A stretch of 63,377 nucleotides of DNA, the filler included, from Folioceros fuciformis (taxonomy: Eukaryota): the NCBI GenBank assembly GCA_049999805.1. It is 6 parts of 6 records of this genome, joined end to end, with 100 filler letters (N's around TTAATTAATTAA, not from the genome) between each part and the next. Parts side by side here need not be neighbours in the genome. Positions count along the whole stretch, not along the records: positions 1 to 31,876 come from JBNGIO010005973.1; 5 more parts are not named here. One strand, written 5' to 3'. The position numbers and the translations under genes were made by a program. Below the pieces are notes generated by a model. That model had not been told where the DNA came from. It saw only the letters and a list, made by a program, of their open reading frames with translations, and made no database searches. Positions 1 to 12,044 of this stretch are shown here, in pieces (positions within the stretch are counted from its first letter, which is position 1; every line of letters begins with the position of its first letter).

Positions 1-202
1 ACATAACCCTACACACAAGTATATACCAGGTCTTTATAAGTTCCTAGGTCTTCCATGTTATTGGTCCTTGACTTGCTCCCTTTCCTTGTGAGCTGCACTT
101 TAATTTGCCCCCATCCAGAAGACTTTCTTTTGTCTTTATTTAGAAATACTTCCTAGTCCTCTAAAAACTCATTTTTGAGCACCTTTCATATAATTAGTTT
201 AG

Positions 203-355
203 GATATCTTTCATTAATATATTTTGATATATTGTAATAAATCATTTCTAAATAATTTAAGATATCTTTCATTAATAAATTTTAATATATTATAATAAAT
301 CATTTTTTCACAGTAAAGGAATCGCGATTCTAACAGTAGAAGAATCGCGGTTCCG
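203..355. repeat. AT-rich tandem duplications: a 58-bp unit twice (203, 261) and a 23-bp unit twice (310, 333)
   Basis: gatatctttcattaata...aataaatcattt is repeated with period 58. acagtaaaggaatcgcgattc and acagtagaagaatcgcggttc are repeated with period 23. Confidence 0.75.
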
Positions 356-3300
356 ATCCCCTGGTTTGATCTTGCATATGATCGTCCGAGGGACACGTCT
401 CGAACTCCCTATGGGCCCCGCTTGGCAGGGATCCTTGAACCTTAGTGTACTTCCAGTAAGCCTTGTGGGCCATTGCAGTCTTGGGGAAGGACGTCTCGGG
501 CTCATTCTCTCCAGGCTCATGAATTCCTTCTTTAGAGAGCCTATCCTTGCTTCCATCACGGGCAACGCACCTCACCGAATGGACGTGCCCGCGGCCTTGG
601 GTTCTACAGTAGATGACTCACATCTCGGCCACACCGGATTCTCCCCGGGCATGCTTCCACTCCACAAGGTCGATGTCCTCTGATTCTGCCAAAAGATTTT
701 CGTTCCTCATGGCTTCGTGTGCAGTGTCATGCCAGCCTAGATGCCCCATGGGACGATTACAGAAGTACGCACAAGCTGCGCATCTTGTTGTACAAAAGTG
801 TACTGCTTTGGGGTTTACAGTGTGACAGTGTCTGCCCTCGTGCTTTTCCTTCCAGGGTGGAATCGGGATACAGCAACCTTTCCTGACCCCGTACTCCTCA
901 GAAACTCGCTCGCCCCCAAAGTGACATCGCTCCCCGTCGAAAACCTTGGCCTTCTTCACCACCTGTGGCACAATCTCGCACAGTCCATCCGCCTCACTCT
1001 GCTCCTTGCAAGTGTGCTCGTTACCGCAGAAATGTCTAGTCGAGGTAACCGCATGAAAGTGGTCCTCGAATCCACATTCCCTGTTGCACCCGTCCAAGAT
1101 GCACGTCACGGGACACATCCTTTCATGGCAGAGATGGTCATCATGTTCTCCCTCTTCAACACTGACAGTGCAAACGTTTCTGCACTCCGGTAACGAGCAC
1201 TTCTCTGCTCACAAGTGCTCCTTGGCACTGCACCTGTGGTTCCCACCATGTCCAGGATTCATGGCACAAGTCCGGTTGCAGTTGGATGACTTGAGAAAAG
1301 AGCAATCCTTTCCACACGTGTGATTCCTACCCTTACAGTCGTGTGGAGCTTCATATCCCGAGAGATAGCCACACCCACTGGACTACAGGCCCGTCAATTG
1401 CTCCTCAGAGCAAAGGTACAAACTTTCGAGCAGTAATGCTTCGTCCTGCAGGAATGCAACCCTGCATGACCTTTCCAGATAATGCATCGCAGGAACAGTC
1501 GTCGCATTTGCTCCTACAAAGGGACAGACTCTGCTATAATTCAACCATCGCGGCTATAGCTTCCCAACGAAGCTTCTGAACATCACAATCCTCCTCGAAC
1601 TCTGCCGTGTTGCATCTGATAAATTCGAGAATTCTCCCCCTCCGCCTATCAACCAAGTCCATGAGCAAGTTCTCGAAGGAAGTGTGCCACCACTCATCAT
1701 CCACACCGGTCCGCTCATGTACATCTTGGAAAAGATCGTCCAGGGTGCGAAATCCCCTACCCTTCAGTCGGGCGTTCTTCAGAGGCCACAGGATCAAGAA
1801 CATGTCACTAAGAGGGAAGACCACACCGTCAACCTCAACTGGGATATCAACAATGTTTTCCCCAGTCGCAGAGTTCGACATCTTTCCCTAGTGATGGCCT
1901 CTTTCATGTGTTTCGTGAGGAGCTCCAGTTTCGAGGCCAACCGCCTCGAGTCAATCGGAGCCCAATCCTTAGCACTATCTGAGCCATTACCAACTTCAAG
2001 TCTTCTGCAAAGCTGTTGGCATTGCGGTATTGAGCTTCCAATTCCTCTAACGCTGTAGCTATAGAGGCAACACTTTCGTGATATTCCAACTTTTGAAAGG
2101 GTGGCATCGCTGCGATCTCACCCCCTCCACCGAACATCTTTGTGAGAAAGCTGTCTGGAGATTTGTCACATCTTTGCTGTATCTTGCCCGAGAATTCTTC
2201 TTTCACGTCATCCACGTCTGATATATCCACGTCTTTAATGGCCATGTACAAGATACCCTTGAAGAGCCGGTTGTCCCGCTTGACCAAGCTTGCGCCATTC
2301 TCGAGAAGCTCAAAGACAGCTCCTGTCTCCATGTCCACATGAAAATCCTGTCCCAGTCATGTGGTGAGCCAAATGCGTTAGTTATGGTAGCGCTGATCAC
2401 CAAATCAAGATCAGGTTGAATGCCTTACCTTTTCGTTGAAAATGGTGATGTTGCTGACCGCTGCACTCAGAACAGAGAGCAGCATATTCTCCTGCTCGCT
2501 CTTCTCAAAGCTTCCCAGGCCCTCAAAGTCCAGAATTACGTATAGGCAGGTCTGGGATACACGCATTGTCATCCATACCCCCTCTGTGCATCCACCTCCA
2601 GCCACATCGAACAACGAACCAGACAAATGGTTGAGCTGGTAGGACTTACCACTGCTCTGCTTACCCATGGTAGATACCACTTTGATCTCCCCAGACCACT
2701 GGGCTAACACGGATTCGTAGAGACCAAATCGTAGCTCCTGAGCAAGCCCCACTGCATCTGAATAATTGAGAGTGTACTAAAAGGGCGCAGGGTATTCTTC
2801 TCCTCTCGGGCAAGTTGAATGGGCACAAGGCAAACAAGTTGTCGCACCCATTCTCCTACCTTCACACTGTTTCTACCTTCCGTGCTCTCCAGAAGGATCC
2901 TGTGGACAATGTAGCTATCCACAGTGCCTGCGGAAACAGCTATTCTCAGCTGTGAGAACTCTTTCCCTTTATCTCGTGCCAGCTTGTCCACGGAACATTT
3001 AACGCAACTCGCAGACCTCCGCTTCAAAGCCTCCTGTTTCTCCTTGGATTGACCAGCCAAAACCAGATGGAGATGGAGATATTTTTTCTCCTTAATCAAT
3101 GGCTGACTGGTTGGATACTTGTCAAATATGTGATAAACATAGTCCAAAGCCGGAGAGCCATGGCCACCCGTTTCAGAAGAAATGGCAATCTGCCGACCTC
3201 TACACATATCTTGCAACTGACAGACTTCGGAAGCCGTTGTGATCTCGATGACTCTTGAGCATATGCCTCCATCCGGCCTTGAAGCATCCAGAAGTATCAC

Positions 3301-6300
3301 ATGGACATGTGATCCGAAGGCCACCACAGCTGCATCAAAGCTTCTGATGTCTGCTACTGCGTAGTCAAAGAAGACTGACTTGAGATGAGATATTGATTCG
3401 CCAAGCAGGTACACCCCAATCTTCAAAGCTGCTTCTGATATCCATGTGCAAGGAACTTAAAGAAGGCCATTAAACAACATCCACCGGGTGAAACACAAAT
3501 TTTATACCCTGGTCCAGGTAACTCCAGCTCCACTGGTCTCAACGTCACAGGATGGCTGATGTCGAAGATCCGAACTTTGAAGTTTTCATCTACTAGCACC
3601 ATCTCCCGTCTGCAAGGGATGAAAGACATTGAGGTCAGAAACCTGATTTCCGAATACTCGGAGAGACATAAGGTCGTCGGGGCGAAGGATTTGAATCGTG
3701 CCAATTTCCTTATCATACACGCCAACAAGCTTGGATACTTCATCCACTGCCACAATGTCGTGACCCCCCATGAAGGTCTTCACAGGATTCATGCCTGTTA
3801 TCTGTACTCCCAGCCTGGGGAGCACGAAGAGATGAAGTGCAGGCAGTTTAAGATCCTCCACGAATACTAAAACCTCGCGGGATTCCACCGCCACTACTTG
3901 AAGTAGCCTCCCTGAATTTGGATCTAGCTCGATCAATCTGTACCTTTGCGAACACGTTGGGATGATGCGGTGCATGTTACTGCACATGGAAGCTTCCAAA
4001 TCCTTGTCCCTTGGTGTAAGCTCTTCAATATTCCAGGCGATTCGCTGATTGTCTGTTAGCTCTTCGGACTCAAAGTGAACCTCCAGCTTGTCACAGCTTT
4101 CACCTTCTGGGCTGCGACGTGCAACGAAACTGAAAGCTCTAGGAAGGAAGGATTCTCTCTGACCAGGATGAAAGATGCACCTTCGGACAGACAAAAACTG
4201 TTTTCGACCAGTCCCCGTGAGTAGCTGCTCTTGTAATTTGGTCACTATTTTCCGTTCCTCTTCTTCAAAGGACTGCTCCATGCGGTTGGCATTACGCATC
4301 GCTTCAAATTCCATCTTCTTCCGAAACATCGGAGACAGTTCTCTCCTCACCATTGTCTGTGCTGCGCTTGAAGTTTCAGCACAGGCTTTATCAGAAACCC
4401 GTTGCACCAGTTCCCGCAGTGGTTTCCACAGCTGGGGGTCGGTTGATACGATGAGTCCCTGGGAATCTCCCTCGACTTTCCGGCGAACGGAGCAGAGTTT
4501 TGAGTTCGCATTCACTGCGCTATCTTTTTTCAACTGTGCCAGAGCTTGCTTTGAAAATCCCTTCTTGAATTCGCTCAGAGGAATTGAGGACCTCCTGTAC
4601 ATCTTTGAGGACTCGAGAACGGACAGCATTACTCTGGGCAGAAAGAAAGAGAACTTCTTTCATAGCCTCGAACCCTTCCTGCGTTTGGTTCACAGCAGGT
4701 TTGCAATATGACTCCATCCATGCAAACATCCCTTCGCCTGTTGGTCCTTCTGTACGAAGAATCACTTCCACCTCCTCACTCGCTCCATTTTGGCTACTCG
4801 TATGCTGAATGGTAGCATTCATAGGACGACACGTTAACACTGGACCTTCAGGGAAATCCTCGCTCAGAGCATGGAATGTCAGCTTAATGTTGCTCTCTGC
4901 TCCAGCACCTGTGTGCGTGGCCATAAGCTCCTCCCCAAACAGGATAGGCCCCGTCAATCCCGAAGACCGTTTTGAGCAGATGCGGAGCACTCGGAGCTTC
5001 AGAGGGGTCCTGAACCAGGCCCTTGTGATCATTCGGAACTTTGTTCCGACAAAATGAAACATTCAGAACTTTTCCTGTTTGAAGGCCACCATCAGCTGTC
5101 CACATGTTCACCAGGGCAACATCTGTCTGAAGCAAATCCTCCGCTCTCGGTGTCTTGAACGTAGACCTCAGCGTGTACATGGGGCGCCGAACATCGCCAT
5201 AAGAGTGACTCATTCCTCGATTACTGAGTGGGAAACTTTCAAGTACGTTTCTTCAGCGCGACGAAAGATTCTCACCATGCCCTTTATGCCCTCACATAAG
5301 AGCTCTTCTGCCTTCGAGTCCTTCGTATCTTGAATGCACGTTCTTCTTTCCCTGAGCAAGCGCAAGTTTCTGCTCCCTTCAAGACCAGCATGTTCTAGAA
5401 ACAGGCAAAGTTCACGGTACGGCAGCTGAGAAACGTCCAGATTGAAGGAGGCAGACCATCCCTCAACAGCCTTTGCGAAGCTTCGAATGTCCAGTGTCTT
5501 CTGCTGCATCTTCCGAATCTTATTAGGAAGGGCTACCGACTTAGAAAGAAATGCGCAACGGTGAAGACAGGCAGCAAGTCTGAAACCAGGCCACGAGGTG
5601 TCGACATTGCCTGGCTCCTCCTCCCTTAGAAAGGAAAGAGGCCTCACAAGGTCATCAAAGCCCCTCAGCAGCATCACACTGTTCTCGGACTGGCTGAACA
5701 CTGACATCTACAGCCTTCGCGTACGCTGCTTTTCAGGGCCAGCAGTACAGCGCCCCGAGGCCATGAGAGACAAGTCCACATCCTTTTCATCCTCCAGGCA
5801 GATGTACACGGTCGCACATAAGTCCGCCAGATAACGAATGAAGTTGCACGACACATCATTCCTGCTGGCCTTCGACATTCGTTCCCCCTCGTGCCAATAG
5901 AAAACGAAGAACATTCCCTCATGACGAAGCCCATGAAGCCCTACATCAAGATCGCCAAGCTCCGACACGATCTCATCCAACCCCAGCTTGGAAAAAATTC
6001 GCGCGAGAACCCTCTTACTCCCATACAGCCCCACAACGTGAGCGGACACCTGGTTCAAGATATCTACATCCAGCAGCATCGTTCCATCACAAAGGAAGGA
6101 TGAGTCGCACCGGACGTCAAGCCAAAGTACTCAATGCTATTCGGAGGTATGATGACCTTCTCCACAATCCTCTCGTCCCACTTCTCGGCCACCACATGCA
6201 TGAGATCGTACAGTATCGGCTCGTTGGTATGCCACCAACCCGTATCGCTGCTTCCATCCGGCATCGGACTTTCTCCCATAAATCACGCCCGAACCTCTCT

Positions 6301-6330
6301 TCCTGAAACCAAGGCCTACAGTCATGTCGC
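330..6330 (-). pseudogene. Very large protein with a GBP/atlastin (GB1/RHD3-type)-like GTPase domain followed by a Cys/His-rich region; broken by frameshifts and stops
   Basis: A collinear chain of minus-strand ORFs (6279-6064, 6079-5708, 5707-5210, 5213-4884, 5062-4520, 4629-3586, 3755-3423, 3426-2704, 2752-2411, 2338-1904, 1881-1534, 1118-618, 575-330). P-loop MGKQSSGKS, G2 CTEGVW and G3 LDFEGLGS..SEQENMLL lie at about 2480-2690. A GT-AG intron at 2348-2428 joins NEK|DFH in frame. Repeated C/H motifs (e.g. CNRPMGHLGWHDTAH) occur at 620-1500. Confidence 0.75.
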
Positions 6331-6851
6331 CTACCGGACGACGGGAGCATCATCTACAACATGGATCAAGCGCTCAATTACAGCGTACCTCACCAACTTG
6401 AAAACGTTTGCCTGGCTCTGCCTCCAGACGCTGCTACTCCCAGCTCCAGACGCGCCTGCGAGGACAACAACGAGTCACAAGAAGAAGCCGTGTCCCGTGG
6501 ATCCCAATTCAAGTGAACGCAGGAGTAAGACCACGAGCACAACGCTGGAAACTGACAGGAAATCTCACGTTCGATTAGAGGCTGGAGAAAAGCGTCGCTA
6601 TCGGCTCATGAATCCGATGCAATGAAGCAACCAATTCCGAAGGCTGATTAGTTAGTGTGGCCGCGTTGTTGGTGTTGCTTTGTGTCATGTGGGCCCCACA
6701 CCTAACTACAGTGCTTTTCCATCGATACCCGATGGCCATTAAGGCAAATACGGTCAGCAGACCCGTGCGGAGCGCAACCCGATGTACCGTGGCTTCATAT
6801 CGACATACACGACATAGCAGCAACATCAGTTTGTGGTTCCCGAGTATGCGA

Positions 6852-7055
6852 CGCATACTCGGGTTTTTGCACCCGTTCTGCGTACCTGCATTTCCATACC
6901 CAACTTTCCATACCCGGGATGGAAGGATTCCAAACCCATCGGTTTGATGTGGTTCGTGTCGCATACTCGAGTTTTTGCACCCGTTCTCTGTACCTGCATT
7001 TCCATACCCGGCTTTCCATACCCGGGATGGAAGGATTCCAAACCTGTCGGTTTGA
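6852..7055. repeat. Left subterminal tandem repeat, about 108-bp unit x2
   Basis: cgcatactcg(g/a)gtttttgcacccgttct...ggaaggattccaaacc..tcggtttga is present twice. Confidence 0.9.
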
Positions 7056-7888
7056 AGTTCAGGTTTCAAATCAGCTTTTCAAAGCTGTGCACTTTTATCG
7101 TGGGTGAACCGATCTAAAAAGAAAGCGGTGCAGATGCGACAAGATGCCTAATCTGGTGCCCGGTGCAGATGCAGTCGGTTCCATGCTATTTCGTCATGAT
7201 GCGGATCGGGCGGCTTCGCGCGTATCTCCTCCCCTGCTTCCTCTGATTGCCGCAGCGGCAACGGGAACAGGAATTGCTCGTCGGCACCCCTTCCCACTCT
7301 TGCTGCACCTACGCCTCCTCATCTCGCTTCAGAATGGCGGATTTTTCGGAATCTCCCCACGGAGGGAAGAAGTCCTTCCGCCACATTATCAGGGAGCATA
7401 AGTGTCTATACGAATTCTCCAGCGTCATGGCCTGCTGCCATTTCTCAGCTGGATTCTTCCACATGGACTTGACACTTTCTGCTCCTCCAGGTCTGCTTCA
7501 TGATATGATGCGTACCGCCAAGCTGTCCAAGTCTGGATCTGAGTGGAAGGTCCTTGAATTTCGCCCCAAAAATTTTTCACTGGATCGAGACTGGGCAGAT
7601 CCGTTTTAGAGGATGTGAGAATTTTGGGGAAAAGATCTTTGGAATGCATCAGAATTAGTGCAACAATGCTTGTACAGCTACCTCTTGTTCCATTGCACGG
7701 ATCAGGCCTAAAACCATGTTCATTAGAGAGTATGTGGATTCACCCCTCATATAGATCGGTACCTCGCAGTCAGTGTAGAAACTCGCATCTCACGTCCTCT
7801 TGTTAGTTTTGAGAGACGCGATACTGTAACTTCAATTTCAGGACTGGTTTGTGCTCATCTCCTTGCTAGTGTTCCTCTTCTTTGACAA

Positions 7889-8525
7889 GTGAAGAAGAGG
7901 ACCTCGAATGACAATACTTACAGATCTGGCTCTGATGCAATACGCGATAAATTATCTTTGTTCTTACGCTATGATCCTTTGAATGTGAGCGTCAGTAGGC
8001 CTACCATGTTGGACATGGGCATTTCCGGGAATTATTTGCCTGCTGGGGAGTCACTTTGAATCAACGTCATGCTGATTTGCTGCACTATTGGCACATGGTA
8101 CAAGCATTATTTCTCGGGATTTGCTGTGAACTTTGGAAGGGATGAGGGTAATTGGTTTTTGCATGTCTGACATCGATCCTTGGCGACTGATTTTCTAGTA
8201 CAAGCATTCACCAGAAGGGTCGACGAACAAAGTGAAAGCTGCTCAGGACATAGCAAGAATAATGTCTCAGCGTGCACACATTGACTCCGGTGTCAGCTTC
8301 ATGGGGAAGCTGGTCTTTGGGTTTGAGTGGGGGCCTGAAATGTTGGCAGCATTACGGAAGTCAGTCTTGCCTCTTGTCGACAACTGGCAGTGCCTAAGGC
8401 CGTGGTAAGGGGCAGCAACTGGAGCTAGTCTTCATAATGTTTCGTTTTCTCTTTCACAAAGATTTGAGGTTAATCTGGATGTTTGGATGCATGAATGCAG
8501 GTGCGAGCTTATGAGAGTGAGTGTG
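7889..8525 (+). pseudogene. Captured 3' fragment of a vacuolar processing enzyme (legumain, peptidase C13) gene with introns
   Basis: Translations: VKKRTSNDNTYRSGS..MQY (7889), LNQRHADLLHYWHM|intron|YKHSPEGSTNKVKAAQDIARIMSQRAHIDSGVSFMGKLVFGFEWGPEMLAALRKSVLPLVDNWQCL|intron|VRAYESEC. These match the end of the legumain catalytic domain and the C-terminal prodomain. Small frameshifts are present. Confidence 0.85.
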
Positions 8526-9127
8526 CCTCGACATGACATGATCGATGGTGGTAGGAAATGGGCACCTCTTACAACAGGCTTTAGTGCTTAAGTTTCCTCA
8601 CCGGGTTTGGAGGAGTTGCTGTACATAGTGCAAGCTGTTGGCATTAAGTCGAATTCTCACCTTCAGAACCAGAAGAGTGGATTCTAACCTTTAACACGAA
8701 AAGCATAATTGAGTGGATTGGTCAGCTTCTAAAACCAAAAGCCTATTTCAGCTCATCAATCCACTCTTTATCAACTGCCTATGTTCCACCTCACTGTCTT
8801 TTTCTTCTTACACACAACTTCCTCCAAACCAACATATCATTTCAATCTGTTCGTGCCCTCATTCTCAACAAAAGTTTCCAACACTTGTTTCCGTTGAGGT
8901 TGTTCGTCTGCCTGTGCCACTAAGTGTCTCACCTTCTATTGAGTTTGCTCCATAATGTAGGCTATCCCAAAAGCTAAATTTGAATGCTCAAATGCAGTAT
9001 CACATACTTCAGCACATGCCGTTTTAATAAAATCCAGCAGTTTTTCTTTTGACATCTCTAATTTTGTCTTATATATTGGTGCCACCAAGGGGTTACTAGG
9101 CAACACAATGTGTGGAGCTTCTTGATC

Positions 9128-10900
9128 CTACATCCAAAAAGCCATAGCCAAGTTGTTGGTATCACTACTTTCAGCAACATACGCTCCATTTGTTCTTCCA
9201 TTTTGCCGAGCTGCTGCTGCACCATCCTTGTATATGCTAAGGAGTTGTTGAACTTTCACCACATGCTTGTAGATGAAACCTTTGTTCCCCATTGGACATG
9301 AGCATGTAGCCCAAGGAGAGTAAACATGTTTAATCACATACCGCAAGTTAGGGGTTGATGAAGACAAACAATGTGCACCAACATTTTCGGCATGCGGTAA
9401 AATAATTGAGCTAATAAGAATAGCTTCTACACCCTTCATAGTGGTTTCCTCCAAAGCCTCTAACTTCTTATTATGCCTGTATCCCCCTTCTTTCGTGAAG
9501 TGCTAGTACCAATAATATCGGGCAACCACATTCAATAATTGGTGTAGTAACCAGTCTAGTCTACACCAGGCAAACTTGACTTGCTAAATGCTGCACGTTC
9601 TTTTATAAATCTACAGAATCTTTCAACAGCTGAAGTTGTATGTTGCCCTGCATGAGACAACATTCTAGCATTACACAACCACATATCTATAGTCTCTCCT
9701 CATTGGACCTTCATATATCTCACAAAGTCTCCTTCACTTGTTCCTCACTTGTCATAAAAATTGTGTAGCATACTTTTTCCTATGGAAACACATTGTGAAG
9801 ATGTGCTCCTGTGACATACATAATATCCTCTAGCTCTACCCATATTGAAATTCGATTACTTTGTGAGTGCACTTTCTTCAATAAATTTCGTCTCCACGCT
9901 TTCTGCACATGCCACAAGCATAATAATATAGGCATATTATGATTTCACATTGAGCGAATAACAGAAATCTCTGCTTGACAATCATCAACAAGGAATGAAC
10001 TAGGTGTCCAATCCTTGTTGATCTTTTCAACCTTCTTCCGTAAAGCTGAAAGCCACAGACAAGTGACTCAGTAGTAGCATCTTTTGTAATAGCTCATGCT
10101 ACTGGAACATTGTTCAAGTAATGGTCAAAACCCATCACAGTGAATAAGTGGTAGCGATACTTGTTCAACCCAAAAGTTGCATCCAAAGCTAGCACATTAC
10201 TATTCTCATACAGCAACATGCAATTTAACAGAAAAGGAGTTTGAATACCCAAAGCGAAAGGTTGATTCTCACTTGATTGGTGGAAGACTATAGACGCATT
10301 TTGCTCCAACCACAGGAACGCTGATGTGGTATCATCTGGGGCTAGCTTCCATTCACCAACTTCAACTTGTGTAAGTATATTGAGAACATCATATCTTTGC
10401 ATATAATCATCTCTTACTAGCTCATATACCTCTGTGTGATTGTTGATTCGAGCATACAATGCATCTTGATGCCGATGCATTATTTTACTAACAAGAACTT
10501 TGCAATATAGACAATGCCTGATCCAATCCTTCTTTTCTTGTGAAAGTCATGCTGCTTTGACATCAAGGAGTAAGCCTTCGTACCCGGGCCCATGACATAT
10601 AGCATTTGAAAGGTCAATATGCATATGTTCAAAAAGACCAATCTCAGCAACCGTAGGCCACATGAGAAGTTTCTTCACCCTAAAATTTGCTTGGCAACCA
10701 TGCTTGACACTCTCTCCACAGAGGACCTTACAATTAGTTGTATTAGCACTACGTAACACTCCTACCTTCTTTTGACGAAAGTCTTTCGGGCCGTAAGAAC
10801 ACCAATACTTGCAAGCCAACCTTACAATGTTAATGGATGGGAACTTATAACACTCATTCCTCCAATAAAGTCTCCCACTCTAGAAAAGAGTATGTGAGCC
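9128..10900 (-). pseudogene. Degraded MULE-type transposase with a C-terminal SWIM zinc finger
   Basis: YWCSYGP...KHGCQANFRVKKL...CHGP (10547-10819); ALDATFGLNKYRYHLFTVMGFD..VPVA (10094-10480); FLVDD and LLCLWHV motifs near 9900-10000; SWIM-like CSCPMGNKGFIYKHVVKV (9128-9454). In-frame stops separate the blocks. Confidence 0.85.
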
Positions 10901-11364
10901 ACCTTCATATGTTTTTGCTGCCCTCGTGCCCTAGAATGGTCATATTGAGAAGAAACCTAGTTTAGGTCAGTATGGTTAAATAATCCTAATTTAGGAAGCT
11001 GCACCACAAAAGATATGTTAATTGGTAACTCTTATAAATTAATGCAAGAACTCAAATCCATATTATTTTCCGTAAATCACATTCTCCTATCCCAAAGAGA
11101 AAAAAAAAAACCCTAACCCTAATCTCAACCCTTAACCAAAATCCCTTTCCTAATCACAAGAGCGCTTGAAAGCAAAGATTAAACATGCCGCTCTAAACTT
11201 CCATCTCACACTATACAAATGACAGGAGTTCACATACCATAAGCTTGTGAGCCAGGGTGCACTTGGAGCCTTAAACAAGTATTATTAGTAACGTGTAAGT
11301 GGGTAGGGACGAGCGGCTTTCTCATGTCCCGTGTTGGTGGTATGTAGCGCACCGGCGTCAAAAC

Positions 11365-11469
11365 TTTTGGCCACATGTTCGGATTATGCATGACTCGCCA
11401 TAGCATGATGACGTCAAATCTTTTGGCCACTTGTTCGAATTATGCATGACTCACCACAGCATGGTGACG
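11365..11469. repeat. Right subterminal tandem repeat, about 56-bp unit x2
   Basis: ttttggccac(a/t)tgttcg(g/a)attatgcatgactc..ca.agcatg.tgacg is present twice. Confidence 0.85.
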
Positions 11470-12044
11470 AGCAAGGACATACAGAGGTACATGTCGTGGT
11501 CGTGGAGGGCCGTGCGGACACACGTGCCGGCCTTAATGGCCATCGGGTATCTTAATGGCCATCGGTATCCATCTGCAAGCAACTATAGTAGGTATGTACA
11601 TACGTAACATGGGAATTCATTCATAGTGTGCTTGTGCATCCTCTAACCTAACTTAACGTGACAGTAACGTATGGCATTTTTCAATCTCTCGTCGTAGTAG
11701 AGATGTGTATATATAATTCATAATACAAATCGCGATGAACAGATCGACCTGATCTTTAACTGGCGAACTGGTTGATTGAGCATCAACTCCCATCTACTCC
11801 AGGTTGAGTCAGAACATTGGTAAACTAAACTGCCCGATGATAATCGAATTGTGAAGTATTTTACAATGGATAAAAACCTAAGAAAAACCTGGTTCGACGT
11901 ACATCGTGTTACTGCTTGCTCCATTCAGCACATCGTCACCGGCCGACCGCCAATGGATGCGCTCCTAGGAGCGGATCCATTGAGGGTTCGCCATTGACGA
12001 TCTGTTTCGAACTGCAAAGGGATGTTTTAAGCAGAGGACATGCC

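Larger units (their letters stand above)
6724..11569 (-). mobile_element. TIR DNA transposon (Mutator-like, SWIM-type transposase), defective, carrying a host gene fragment
   Basis: A perfect 22-bp inverted repeat, GATACCCGATGGCCATTAAGGC (6724-6745) and GCCTTAATGGCCATCGGGTATC (11530-11551), plus a partial second right TIR at 11552-11569. Subterminal tandem repeats sit at both ends and a degraded transposase lies inside. Confidence 0.85.

Noticed and set aside
5210..5213. ATGA stop-start overlaps in the GTPase region suggesting an operon-like gene chain
   Set aside because: The ORFs are better explained as frameshifted pieces of one eukaryotic gene that has a spliceosomal intron.
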